Program-made: the position numbers and the translations under genes
Notes under the pieces: generated by a model
What the model was told of the DNA's origin: nothing
The model's database searches: none
What the model saw: only the letters and a program-made list of their open reading frames with translations
In this document: positions 63,603-64,000 of the stretch, one piece after another
How positions within the stretch are numbered: position 1 is the stretch's first letter
Layout of the letters: each line of letters begins with the position of its first letter
Source of the DNA: Azolla caroliniana
Lineage: Eukaryota > Plantae > Polypodiophyta
Length of the DNA: 64,000 bases
Direction: 5' to 3'
Assembly (NCBI GenBank): GCA_043228905.1
Contig: JBHGNT010000022.1
Span: 5,394,001 to 5,458,000 of the forward strand

Positions 63603-64000
63603 CAAGCATCGGGGACTTCGGCACATACCGGAGGATGTGCGGGTTTGGAGGGGGCGAGTGTCGTAGTGTAATTTGCACACTACATGAAAAATTACATTTT
63701 TGGTTTCTCCAGATAGGATATGGAGTACCCAGTGAGAACTGGAAGGAAGAACCGGTGAGGACCGAAACCGGTAAGGAGACCGGCAAGAGCCGGATGAAGA
63801 AGGCCGGTGAAAGTCGGTGAGAAACGGACGAAGAGGACCGGTAACAGGGATCCGGTAAGAATCGGATAAAGAAAATTGGCGAGAATCGGATGAAGCAGAA
63901 CCGGCAAGAGCCGGATGAAGAAGGCCGGTGAGAGTCTCTCACCAGATGAAGAGACATATTTGTAAATAGAAGAAAGTATAAAATTATATATTACATGCAT

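Larger units (their letters stand above)
57163..64000 (+). mobile_element. Ty3/gypsy element J (tRNA-Trp primed lineage); 3' LTR runs off the window
   Basis: 5' LTR 57163-58055; 3' LTR from 63659; PBS TGGTGAACCCGACGTGAA 58060-58077; PPT GGAGGGGGCGAG; coding homologous to F and I. Confidence 0.93.

Overview
This window is a gene-free, deeply nested cluster of LTR retrotransposons from a eukaryote. It is most likely a non-seed land plant, inferred from a primer site matching plant tRNA-Trp, Met primer sites and Tcn1-like chromoviruses. About 13 elements or remnants plus two isolated LTRs can be resolved; letters A-M are my own labels. Ty1/copia: A 1-4743 (-), C 12775-27282 (-), E 14214-19628 (-, near-intact, TSD AATAG), H 37936-~40905 (+), L ~41115-49553 (+), K 54914-57162 (-). 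Ty3/gypsy: B 4744-12774 (+, Athila/Tat-like, extra 3' ORF), chromoviruses D 14038-24934 (-) and M 49554-54913 (+), old remnant G 27283-37935 (-), and three related tRNA-Trp-primed elements F 29869-37342 (-), I 41183-48358 (+) and J 57163->64000 (+). Nesting reaches four levels (A in B in C in G; E in D in C in G; J in K in M in L). All coding regions are disabled. The most interesting signals are: (1) a conserved -1 frameshift cassette (G GAU UUU, 6-nt spacer, H-type pseudoknot) placed after the protease in F, I and J; (2) antisense tRNA-like A-box/B-box modules with canonical 43-44 nt spacing in the LTRs of D, M and J; (3) a ~60-80 bp U3 module shared by a copia and a gypsy LTR; (4) a Gag capsid swap between otherwise close copia elements A and E; (5) a Tf1-type self-priming site in M; (6) a 4-bp, CpG-centred target site for the Trp-primed lineage; (7) an ~819-codon coiled-coil extra ORF in B. 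All alignments were done by eye.
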